A stretch of DNA of 64,000 nucleotides, from NCBI GenBank assembly GCA_964187785.1, contig OZ076409.1, positions 52,764,001-52,828,000 on the forward strand, read 5' to 3'. Below, in pieces: positions 28,231 to 39,937 of this stretch (positions are counted from its first letter, which is position 1; the number at the start of each line of letters is the position of its first letter). The DNA comes from Amphiscolops sp. MND2022 (taxonomy: Eukaryota). A program made the position numbers and the translations under genes. The notes below the pieces were generated by a model. The model did no database searches and had not been told where the DNA came from. It saw only the letters and a list, made by a program, of their open reading frames with translations.

Positions 28231-29036
28231 GCTCCGGAGACTATATATTGTCCAATATATATTGTCTCGTGATCAAAGGTGATCATCGTGGAAATGGGAA
28301 AGTAGAAAAAATAAGTAGGTGTTTTTTGTGGAAGGACCAGCTGAGGAACTGTGTGTCAGATCATTATACAGGATTCACTCTGAGTTGAATTTTGTCTATT
28401 CATCGAAACGATCACTAGGGACATGTTACAAATGATGACTGAGAAAACTGTTACCAGTAAGAGTGTCGGCCCCTACAACTGGCATTTAAAGATGTTTAAA
28501 GGCTGTTCAAACATTTCAAGTGGTTCTCTAGCTTTCTATCATTACATCTTTTTAAACTTTGTTTTGGAAAGATGTTATCGTTCTTTCAAACAGGTGTCTC
28601 AAGTTGGGTCAAATTGCTACCACTTCATGCTCTTGTTGTTGCATTAGTCTGAACCCCTATGTAGGTAGACTGCTGAAACGTAGAATGGATGAAAGTATTA
28701 CGCGTCTTGATGTTTTTGAAATTCGGAAGAAACAGTTGGATGATAGAGGTAGCCCTAGGTTACAGGAATCACAAATCTTGCAAAGTTCGTCCGAAATTCT
28801 TGCCAGCTTTGCATTTTTACAAGATTCTTACAAGTTTGTACAAGAATCGCAAATTTTGCAAATTTGTTACAATGTCGAACATTTCTTACAAGATTCTGAT
28901 AACATTTCTGCAAAAATTGCACTTTTGCGTAAAAAATTCGTACAAAAAAAGCGATGTGTAATTCCGACTAAAAATTTGTTCAAGACGGTAACATTCGTTC
29001 AATTTTTCGTTCTTTTTTTAATTACATCTGTTTAAA

Positions 29037-31811
29037 GGGGAAACGGAAATCGGACTAAAGAAATTGAACTAATGGAATTAGGACTAACAAGCTCAAAATT
29101 TCTGAAACGTTCATGTGGAATAGAACTAATTTCGTATTTTCTCAAACAGGAATTAGAACTAATTTGTTACGGGAATTGGAACTAAAAACAGGAATTAGAA
29201 CTAATTTGTTACGGGAATTAGAACTAAAAAAAAAATGGGAATAAGACCTAAAATGCGGAATGAGACCCAAGGGGAGAACGGAATAGTATCTAAAGGAATA
29301 ATATCTAAAGTTTTTCAAAGTATAAAACGTGCCTTTGATATTTCCCCATTTCCTCTAATGCCCCGCGGCCCCTTGGGGCCGCTTATGTTCTCATCTTGCT
29401 AAGCGAGGTCGAACAGGAGCAAAGACCCAGCGGGAACGGAGACCGCGAAGCGATCGTAGTGGGAACTGGTCTTTGCGACGGTGAGGGCGAGCGTGCATAC
29501 ACCGAATATGCCCCGAATTTAGAAGGAGACAGTACTGAAAATTTTGTGAGACATTTACGAAAGGTAAAATTTTATTCTTGATTGAAATGATTTGAGATCT
29601 GACACTTTTATAAAATCAATGGAAGGAAAAAATAATGATTGTATTAATTTTATGTTGATCAATTGTATTACGTTACTTTTGTACTACTTTCATTCAGATA
29701 TAAGTGTCATTTCCTACTTTCATGTTCCACGTTTCCAATTTGAATTTTGTTGTACCACTTTTGTGTTGGATGTTTACAATTGAACATGTCGTGATTTTGT
29801 CAATTTGATCTACGTAATTGCAAATTTTCCGTGTCAAAAGTTGTTTTAGTCCTCTTTCAATTAGTTCTACTTCCATTAGTTCTAAGGCGGCACTAAAAAA
29901 GAATCAATCCTATTTCCATTAGTCCTATTTCAGTTTTGATTATTAGTCTTTTTTCATTAGTCCAAATTCCTGTTTCCCGAACGGAACAAGACCTAGGGAA
30001 TCAGAACTAAATCGAAAACGGGAATAAGACCTAAAGTAAAATCCATTTTTCAGGAATATGACCTAAAAATTTAGGCCTTATTCCTACTTTTTGGAAGAAA
30101 ACCTATTGGCGAAAAACGACAAACAAGACCTAAAAGAGTGGGAATTAGACCTAAAAACGGGAATAAGACCTAAATGCGAAATGAGACCCATGAGGAGAAC
30201 AGAATAGTCTTCAAAGGACTAATATCAGAAGTTTTTCAAAGATTGACACGTGCTTCTGATATTTCCCCATTTCTTCTAGTGCCCCGCGGCCACTTGGGGC
30301 CGCTTATGTCCTCATCTTGCTAAGCGAGGTCGAACAGGAGCAAAGACCTAGCGGGGACGGAGATTGCGAAGCGATCGTAGTGGGAGCTGGTCTTTGCGAC
30401 GGTGAGGGCGAGCGTGCATACACCGAATATGCTCCCACATTAGAAGGGGAAAGTATTGAAAAATTTGTGAGACATTTACGAAAGGTAAAATTTTATTCGT
30501 GAATGAAACGAATTGAGAAATGACTATTTTATAAAATCAATGGGAGGAGAAAAACAATGATTGTATCAAAAGTATTACTTTTGTACTACTTTCATGTTCC
30601 AGGTTTCCAATTTGCATTTTGTACCATGTTTTTATCCGCTTCTGCGTTTTTTTGTTGTACTACTTTTATGTTCGTACAATTGTACACAAATTTTTACGAT
30701 TGAACATGTCGTGATTTTGTCAATTTGATCAACGTAATTGCAAATTTGCGTGCCAAAATTGTTTAGTCCTATTTCAATTAGTCCAATTTCCATTAGTAGT
30801 CTAAGGCGGCACTAAAAAAGAATTAGTCCTATTTTCAAGAGTCCTTTTTCAGTTTTGATCATTAGTCCCATTTCATTAGTCCAAATTCCTGTTTCCCGAA
30901 CGGAACAAGACCTAGGGAATCAGAACTAAATCGAAAACAGGAATAAGACCTAAAGTAAAATCCATTTTTCAGGAATATGACCTAAACATTTAGGCCTTAT
31001 TCCTACTTTTTGGAAGAAAACCTATTGGCGAAAAACGACAAACAAGACCTAAAAGAGTGGGAATTAGACCTAAAAACGGGAATAAGACCTAAATGCGAAA
31101 TGAGACCCATGAGGAGAACAGAATAGTCTTCAAAGGACTAATATCAGAAGTTTTTCAAAGATTGACACGTGCTTCTGATATTTCCCCATTTCTTCTAGTG
31201 CCCCGAGGCCACTTGGGGCCGCTTATGTCCTCATCTTGCTAAGCGAGGTCGAACAGGAGCAAAGACCTAGCGGGGACGGAGATTGCGAAGCGATCGTAGT
31301 GGGAGCTGGTCTTTGCGACGGTGAGGGCGAGCGTGCATACACCGAATATGCTCCCACATTAGAAGGGGAAAGTATTGAAAAATTTGTGAGACATTTACGA
31401 AAGGTAAAATTTTATTCGTGAATGAAACGAATTGAGAAATGACTATTTTATAAAATCAATGGGAGGAGAAAAACAATGATTGTATCAATAGTATTACTTT
31501 TGTACTACTTCATGTTCCAGGTTTCCAATTTGCATTTTGTACCATGTTTTTATCCGCTTCTGCGTTTTTTTGTTGTACTACTTTTACGTTCGTACAATTG
31601 TACACAAATTTTTACGATTGAACACGTCGTGATTTTGTCAATTTGATCAACGTAATTGCAAATTTGCGTGCCAAAATTGTTTAGTCCTATTTCAATTAGT
31701 CCAATTTCCATTAATTCTAAGGCGGCACTAAAAAAGAATTAGTCCTATTTTCATAAGTCCTTTTTCAGTTTTGATCATTAGTCCCGTTTCATTAGTCCGA
31801 ATTCCTGTCTC
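29037..31811. mobile_element. Three head-to-tail foldback-like MITE units (29037-29978, 29979-30897, 30898-31811), each with core type B
   Basis: Outer TIRs GGGAAACGGAAATCGGACTAA / TTAGTCCGAATTCCTGTCTCGC. Arms are built of inward-facing GGAATTAGAACTAA, GGAATAAGACCTAA and TTAGTCC sub-repeats. Units 2 and 3 have a 919-bp period. Cores at 29321-29511, 30242-30432, 31161-31351. Confidence 0.8.
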
Positions 31812-32084
31812 GCTTTTTTTAAAGGTCTTGTTTTAAAAGTCGTCTCAAACAGGGTTACCTAAAGGACCCTGGTAGCATTGAGGACGCTTTTCGGCACCGC
31901 GTTTCCTGAAGCCGCTTGTAGGTAGGATTTTGATTTATGGATTTTGGGTTATGGATTTTGGATTAGATTGGCGTGAACTTTAGATGAAAATGGTCAAGAT
32001 TTGGAAGATTGTCAAAAAATTTTAGATGGAAATGGTCCAGATTTGAATAATCGATGAAATAAGATCTTAAAACACTATTTCACT

Positions 32085-32525
32085 GGAATTACGTCTGAAG
32101 TTTACTATTTTCTAAAGAATAACGTCTGAATTCACTATTTTTTTGGGAATAGCGTCTAAAATCACTATTTTTGCGCAATAACGACTAAAATCACTTTATT
32201 TTGGTAGAATAGAACCTAAAAACACTGTATTTTACTAGAATAACGACTAAAAAACTGTATTTTGGTAGAGTAACCTCTAAAATTACTATTTTCGTTGGGT
32301 AACGTCTAAAATCACTTCAATTTGGGAATAACGTCTAAAATCACTATTTTTGCGGAATAACGTCTAAAATCACATTATTTTGGTAGGATTGGATCTAAAC
32401 ACTCACTTTTTTACTGGAATAACGTCTAAATTAACTGTATTTTGGTAGAATGACGTCTAAATTTACTATTTTAGTTGGGTAAGCCTAAAATCATTTCATT
32501 TTGGGAATAACGTCTAAAATCAGTC
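32085..32525 (+). repeat. Degenerate ~30-bp minisatellite (GGAATAACGTCTAAAATCACTATTTT)
   Basis: About 14 units; a shorter array of the same motif occurs at ~8435-8525. Confidence 0.85.
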
Positions 32526-33901
32526 TTTATGCGGAATACCTTGTCGTGACTCGCCTCGACGATCCTAATTTGGTTTTTTCTGCGATAAATTTTTAGTTGA
32601 TGTTTTTGAAACAATTATACGATGCTCTAATTTTAAAAAATTTCCCCTTGATGCTGTTGATGCTTGTTTCATGCAGGGGACCGTTATTGACACTGTTTTA
32701 ATCTTTGGTGGACCTGTTGGATTGCATTGTTTCTCAGTTTGCTCCATAAAACTCAAAAATATTTTTTCCAAAGAGTTGACGTTTTTTTGATAGATCTAAA
32801 AACAGATCAATTATTCATTACAGTCTTTTCTTTGATTTTCGTCTTTTTAGGGTGCTTTTCAGAATGTTTTGCTCCTTGGTGGACGTGCTGGTTTCCAGTG
32901 CTCCTCATTTTGCCCCAAAGAGACCAAAAAAGAATTGCTCTAAAAAGACGTGTATTTGATGGATCTCAGAACGGATCGAACATTCATTACAGTGTTTCCT
33001 TTGAAATCGCTGTTTAAGGTGCCGTTCCAAAAGTTTTGCTCTATGGTGGATCTGCTTGTTTCGGCTTCTCAGTTTGCGTCGCGGAAGCCGAGAAAGAAAT
33101 GTTTCCTCAAGAAATGACACATTTTCTGGAAACATTCCCGACATCGATGTTTTTCTGATTCAAATTTTTTGTTCAAATCTGATTGAACAAATTTGTTTTG
33201 ATTCAAATTTGTTTTTCTGATTCAAATCTTTTATATTCAGCTACTTGTTTCATATGAATATACATTTAATTTTGATGTGTTTATGTATTTTAAGTTTTTC
33301 ACAGCCGTTTCAGATCGTGATTTCAGAGCTTAAGACTAGGGATTTTGAAGTGAAAAGATCTAAAAGATACAAAAATTCCTTCATTTTAAGGAATTCGTTC
33401 TTTTCCGAGAAGGAAGTTGTTCCTTTAGAATAGCTTAGCTGTACAATGGGCGTTTGTAACATTTTTCGATCGTTTTTTTTTCTGCAGCTGTTCAAATTTT
33501 TTGAGGCACGAAATGTAATTTTTCAAGAAGTTTGTCAGATTTATGCATTTTTGGTAACATTCTGAGCAGAAAAATGCAATTCTTGAAAGATTTTTGCAAG
33601 AGTTAGATTCTAAAAATGCATTTTCTTACAAGACCTTACAAAAATTCTTGTAAGCATTCTGCGAGAGTTGTGATTTTTGTAACCAAGGGAGCCTTGATTT
33701 ATTTTCATGAACTTGTTCATCGCCACGACTTGCTACCTGGAAAGTACGAACATTTCCATCACCCACAAAATTTCACCATTTTGCAAAGAAGACTAGAAGA
33801 CATGCTGAAGATTTTTTTTGATATGAAAGAAAGTGGAGCCTAGAATACACTCTCGCAATGACTGTTCTTGGTCATCGAAATGTTGTCCTGTCACCTTCTT
33901 T

Positions 33902-34631
33902 AGTCGATGTTTTCGAAGAAAATGCACGACTCTTACATTGGCTAGATTTGTTCGTCAGTTCATAGCGATCGGTTCACTTTTTGTGCACTGTGCACTTTTG
34001 CCATAAGTACTTAACACTTTATTATGAATGCAACCACATCCTCTAACATGAAATACAAAATCATCCAAAACTCAAAGGTCCCCCTTCCCACGTTTTGGCA
34101 CTGAGACATCCCTCTCTTCTCAGGTTTGTAAGACTTTTTTTATAAAACTTTTCAGATGTCTTTTCTTCTTCATTTTCGGCACTATCAGACTGTTCGAAAT
34201 TCTCATTCTTTGTCTGATATCAAGTTTTCTCAATATATATCCACAAATATATATTTTTTTCAATACTATCCGAACGTTTTAAGTCCTATCATTTTTTGGT
34301 GCTATCAGACTTTTTCATTTTTTTAATTTGCTAGAACCAACGGTTTCGCGAGCATAGAGGACCCCTTCGGGTTTTCGGCACTATGCGACTTACTGGAGGC
34401 TTTTTTAAATATGCTTTTGAGAGGTTTTTCGTTGACCAATTTAGGATTTTTGCTGTTTCCACTAGGGGAAAAAGTGGGTTTCGAGATTTATGCGTAACCT
34501 TTCGGGTATTTTTGGCTCTGTAAAAATTATGAATTTTTAACTATAGAGTCCTTTTGCATATTTAAAAACCTTCACTTTTTCACTTTTTAGAACCTTTGGC
34601 GGGGCACTGACTTGGGCTGTTCCCGTCTGTT
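33902..34631 (+). mobile_element. Helentron/DINE-1-like element
   Basis: 5' AGTCGATGTTTT..GCACGACT, TTTTCGGCACTAT motifs, 3' GGCACTGACTTGGGCTGTTCCCGTCTGTT. Confidence 0.6.
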
Positions 34632-35519
34632 TCTTTCGTGCTAAATTTTGAGGATCCAGCAAGAAAAAAATTGACAATAGTACTAGGCTTCGCAGACTTC
34701 GTGAATTGATTCTATATGTGCTGACACCTCTGAAAGTTTTTGTAATTCGAGACTTGTAACGATTGATTCCAAACCAGATCGAACTTCAGTCAAAACTGAA
34801 TTTCTGGAAAGCAAGTTTAGTTCTGCTGAAGATACAGAAGAATCAGGTGTCAGGTTAGGGCTTAGTTTTTTACAGGAAAGCCATGGCGATCAGGTGAATG
34901 TATTAGGGTAATTCATCAGAAACAATTTCAATTGCTTTGGCAAATCAACATACAAGCTCTCGACGGAAAATTTCCAACTCATCTTCGACAGGAAACTGAC
35001 ATATGTATCAACCTTGGTTTCATTGCAAACCACCGGAATATGTCGAGTTTTTAGAGAGTACGTTTTTTTTCGAGTTTGGCGAAAATGGTAGAAAGTTCGT
35101 GAATTTTTCCCTCTCAACTTACCATATTTTCAACAAAAAAAAAACAAACTATCAGCGAAATGTGTCTAAAGACAACATCTCCACTTTTACCAGCGCACAG
35201 TGGCCGCTTGAGGTCGCCAGCGGACGTCTCGTCAAGTCACCTAAAGTAGTTGGAAAGATTTAGATTTCTGCAAACTATAGACTAAACTTACTACTGATCT
35301 TACGACCATATCTCATTGACATGTAGTTATTGAGCGAAAACCATCCTCACTTTCAGATACATTAGCTAACGTTGAAACATTCTCAAGAAGCAGAAAACAA
35401 CACACAAGGCTTTCGACCCAGATTGATTTCACACGAAACATATTTGAAGATCCTCCGGTCCGTCTACTTCTGAAATGTCCGTTCTGTGAACATCCGGAAC
35501 ACGGGAAATGAGTCTAAAA

Positions 35520-35805
35520 AGAGGGAAATGTTTTTTCCTAATCAAAACTGGAAAAAAACACAACCTATATGCTAAAAACTGCTGACTCACCACAGTTCGG
35601 TTGTATGGACTAACATCTTGAGTCAATAACTGAGACCAGAGTGAACCGACTTGAACACAAACATCTTTCTAGATGATAACCAAGGAGTTTTTCGGAATGG
35701 ACGATGTACCTAAACGATGCCTAAAAAAATTTCGGAGTTATAAAACGAATGAAAAGAAGAAGCTGTTGGGATCGATTTTGAAAAAAACTATTGACAGTGT
35801 AGATG
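35520..35805 (+). mobile_element. Decayed non-LTR retrotransposon RT fragment (also ~37760-38045, ~41060-41340)
   Basis: LDDNQGVFRNGRCT and IDFEK..DSV resemble the non-LTR RT motifs QxGFR and D(L/F)xKAxDxV. Confidence 0.5.
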
Positions 35806-35820
35806 TAGAGGTGAGTCCGA

Positions 35821-36760
35821 TGTTGTGAACCTAAACATGTTTCTTTCAATTCCATGCTGTGCAGTATAAAACTAGTCATCTCTTATTCATGGCCACCTTT
35901 ATATATTCCCGCCTAATTTAATTGTTGTGCTAATTTCATCACGCTTATCATTCACTCAACAAAAAGCCGTGCTTTCAGAATATAGACTCAACTATCTTAA
36001 ACTTTGCTCTCCTGCACAAGAATAATTGGTACTTTGTGATCTAGAAAGAGGAATTCGTAAATAAGGAAGCACTGATGCCATCGAAATTAGGACACCGTCT
36101 TAAGACTGGAAAACCAGCTGAAAACAATTCTGACCACACCGCTCAGTCAATTGACGCTTCTCGAACTCGCTACATTGAAAGTTGGGTTGAATAAAATGAA
36201 GAAGCAGTCAGAAAATTTCTCGAGGTCACCAAACAGATTCGAAAGAAGTTTGAAATGGTTGATGTAACACCTGAACAACTGGAACAAGAAATCAATAAGG
36301 TTTTTAATGTCGACTTCAAATTAGAAACATTCATCAGCCATATTGAGACTGTAATTGCTCAATACGAGGGAGGATCAAGTACTGAACCACAACCTTGCAA
36401 CGATTTGAATACACAACCGCACCGACATTCATCGGAAATGAAAAAACTCCCGACGATCAATTTGCCCTGATTAAATGGCAAGAATTCGAATTGGATGCCA
36501 TTCTTCGGCCTCTTCAGAGGCACTATCGATGGCAATACCTCTTTGAGCCCCATCAACAAACTGTGCAGTACTTGAAAACTTCATTTAAAGGTGAACCCGC
36601 TGAAACATTCGCTCACCTTCCAACGACAAGCGCAAATTTTGAGCTTGCTGTTCAACTTTTATTGCAAAGATATGCCAATGAACTTATGATCAACTTCACG
36701 CTTATAGACTCAAAAGTCGTGTTCAGGCCTTCACAGCAAGAATTATCAGAAGAGCTATGA
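35821..36760 (+). mobile_element. 5' fragment of a Bel/Pao LTR element: LTR (35821-36018), PBS, gag (also 38062-39001 and ~41358-42312)
   Basis: TGTTGTG...TGCACA LTR-like segment with TGGTACT at 36027. Gag DUF1759-like sequence KLPTINLP*LNG...WMPFFGLF...KL-YLKTSFKGEPA...NFELAVQLLLQRY. Confidence 0.75.
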
Positions 36761-39014
36761 AATATTCTCAAAGTTAATCTTGAAAAACAATGGCTTTTGA
36801 ATCAGTGGTTGTCGAGACAAGATTTTTTGCGACTGTGAAGGCAACTTGGTAGTTCTCTTGCTTTACCAAAATTTTAGCTTGTGTGGTACCAGGGAGTCGC
36901 CATTTACCAACGCAGTCACATTGCGTTTCGCACGGACCTATGAACTTGTTCCTAGCGTCCGGGGGTATTATGCTGACTTTCAGAATGGCTGGTGGCTGAT
37001 CAGTACTGCACAAAGCAGCAGCAGTCTCGAGTTCATCATCTGATGACTGATGCAAGGCGGCAACCGTGGATCTACATACTGACGCCCAGTGTCCTTCTTT
37101 AGAGCATTCGAGACAAGCGTCTCTTCTGGCTGGGCACTTTGAGCGTGGGTGCTGGTTCAGACAGCAAAACTGACAGTGCGAACGAGGCTTTTGGTCTGTT
37201 GGGCAGCGGAGGTGCCAAGTCGATCAGGCTGTCGCCGAGTTGTCTGGGAGAACAGCCTGGCCGTGACTAGAGTTGCAGGTTCAGCACTTCGAAAAGGTTT
37301 CGAAAAGTCACTTGATTGTTCGACAACACAAGCAAGCGATATGCAGCTGTCGATCTCGTCCTGGGAGTCCTCCATCTCCAAATGTCACCAGACCTGAGCC
37401 CCGTTAATAAGGTCTCTCGTACGCTATAGTCTTTACGTGCTTGGACGGTCAAACTGGTGCATTCGCAATCTTCAATGAGTCGTTTCTGCCTTCCTGAAAA
37501 CTCTACGTTGACAACTATAGACTAAACTTACTACTGATCTTACGACCATATCTCATTGACATGTAGTTATTGAGCGAAAACCATCCTCACTTTCAGATAC
37601 ATTAGCTAACGTTGAAACATTCTCAAGAAGCAGAAAACAACACACAAGGCTTTCGACCCAGATTGATTTCACACGAAACATATTTGAAGATCCTCCGGTC
37701 CGTCTACTTCTGAAATGTCCGTTCTGTGAACATCCGGAACACGGGAAATGAGTCTAAAAAGAGGGAAATGTTTTTTCCTAATCAAAACTGGAAAAAAACA
37801 CAACCTATATGCTAAAAACTGCTGACTCACCACAGTTCGGTTGTATGGACTAACATCTTGAGTCAATAACTGAGACCAGAGTGAACCGACTTGAACACAA
37901 ACATCTTTCTAGATGATAACCAAGGAGTTTTTCGGAATGGACGATGTACCTAAACGATGCTTAAAAAAATTTCGGAGTTATAAAACGAATGAAAAGAAGA
38001 AGCTGTTGGGATCGATTTTGAAAAAAAACTATTGACAGTGTAGATGTAGAGGTGAGTCCGATGTTGTGAACCTAAACATGTTTCTTTCAATTCCATGCTG
38101 TGCAGTATAAAACTAGTCATCTCTTATTCATGGCCACCTTTATATATTCCCGCCTAATTTAATTGTTGTGCTAATTTCATCACGCTTATCATTCACTCAA
38201 CAAAAAGCCGTGCTTTCAGAATATAGACTCAACTATCTTAAACTTTGCTCTCCTGCACAAGAATAATTGGTACTTTGTGATCTAGAAAGAGGAATTCGTA
38301 AATAAGGAAGCACTGATGCCATCGAAATTAGGACACCGTCTTAAGACTGGAAAACCAGCTGAAAACAATTCTGACCACACCGCTCAGTCAATTGACGCTT
38401 CTCGAACTCACTACATTGAAAGTTGGGTTGAATAAAATGAAGAAGCAGTCAGAAAACTTCTCGAGGTCACCAAACAGATTCGAAAGAAGTTTGAAATGGT
38501 TGATGTAACACCTGAACAACTGGAACAAGAAATCAATAAGGTTTTTAATGTCGACTTCAAATTAGAAACATTCATCAGCCATATTGAGACTGTAATTGCT
38601 CAATACGAGGGAGGATCAAGTACTGAACCACAACCTTGCAACGATTTGAATACACAACCGCACCGACATTCATCGGAAATGAAAAAACTCCCGACGATCA
38701 ATTTGCCCTGATTAAATGGCAAGAATTCGAATTGGATGCCATTCTTCGGCCTCTTCAGAGGCACTATCGATGGCAATACCTCTTTGAGCCCCATCAACAA
38801 ACTGTGCAGTACTTGAAAACTTCATTTAAAGGTGAACCCGCTGAAACATTCGCTCACCTTCCAACGACAAGCGCAAATTTTGAGCTTGCTGTTCAACTTT
38901 TATTGCAAAGATATGCCAATGAACTTATGATCAACTTCACGCTTATAGACTCAAAAGTCGTGTTCAGGCCTTCACAGCAAGAATTATCAGAAGAGCTATG
39001 AAATATTCTCAAAG

Positions 39015-39937
39015 TTAATCTTGAAAAACAATGGCTTTTGAATCAGTGCTTGTCGAGACAAGATTTTTTGCGACTGTGAAGGCAACTTGGTAGTTCTCTT
39101 GGTTTACCAAAATTTTAGCTTGTGTGGTACCAGGGAGTCGCCATTTACCAACGCAGTCACATTGCGTTTCGCACGGACCTATGAACTTGTTCCTAGCGTC
39201 CGGGGGTATTATGCTGACTTTCAGAATGGCTGGTGGCTGATCAGTACTGCACAAAGCAGCAGCAGTCTCGAGTTCATCATCTGATGACTGGTGCAAGGCG
39301 GCAACCGTGGATCTACATACTGACGCCCAGTGTCCTTCTTTAGAGCATTCGAGACAAGCGTCTCTTCTGGCTGGGCACTTTGAGCGTGGGTGCTGGTTCA
39401 GACCGCAAAACTGACAGTGCGAACGAGGCTTTTTCGAGGTCTGTTGGGCAGCGGAGGTGCCAAGTCGATCAGGCTGTCGCCGAGTTGTCTGGGAGAACAG
39501 CCTGGCCGTGACTAGAGTTGCAGGTTCAGCACTTCGAAAAGGTTTCGAAAAGTCACTTGATTGTTCGACAACACAAGCAAGCGATATGCAGCTGTCGATC
39601 TCGGCCTGGGAGTCCTCCATCTCCAAATGTCACCAGACCTGAGCCCCGTTAATAAGGTCTCTCGTACGCTATAGTCTTTACGTGCTTGGACGGTCAAACT
39701 GGTGCATTCGCAATCTTCAATGAGTCGTTTCTGCCTTCCTGAAAACTCTACGTTGGATTCGTTGTCCTTTTGACTAGACCTGAGCATTTGATGACGAGCA
39801 TAGAGGACTCTCTTGGGCTTCAGAAACTGCCTGTCCAACGTTATCAGAGCAACGGGAAACCTTGCACAAATTTCGAAGAATGCGAAATATTCGGAGCCGA
39901 CAAGTGTACGAAGAAAAACTAACTTATCTGCATCCAA
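39015..39937 (-). mobile_element. Ty3/Gypsy gag fragment with Cys/His knuckles (also 36774-37510 and 42368-42985)
   Basis: CQFCGLNQHPRSKCPARRDACLECSKEGHWASVC is a typical Gypsy nucleocapsid; the upstream gag core is frameshifted. Confidence 0.8.

Larger units (their letters stand above)
28753..33689. mobile_element. CCC...GGG TIR element (family of 7832-8817) expanded by nested insertions
   Basis: CCCTAGGTTACAGGAATCACAA ... TTGTGATTTTTGTAACCAAGGG with TSD AG/AG. Subterminal regions are homologous to 7832-8100 and 8660-8817. Confidence 0.65.

Noticed and set aside
28249..28423. TGTCC...GGACA segment as the 3' LTR of the Gypsy fragment
   Set aside because: No matching 5' LTR in the window, no TSD and no clear PPT.
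29396..31421. Repeated 61-aa ORF MLSEVEQEQRPSG... (also within 43407-43631) as a small gene family
   Set aside because: Starts at TTG inside the GC-rich MITE core; conservation follows the hairpins; the C-terminus differs in the 43.4-kb copy.
32085..32525. ~30-bp periodic array as a CRISPR array
   Set aside because: Degenerate tandem units without unique spacers, no cas genes, eukaryotic context.
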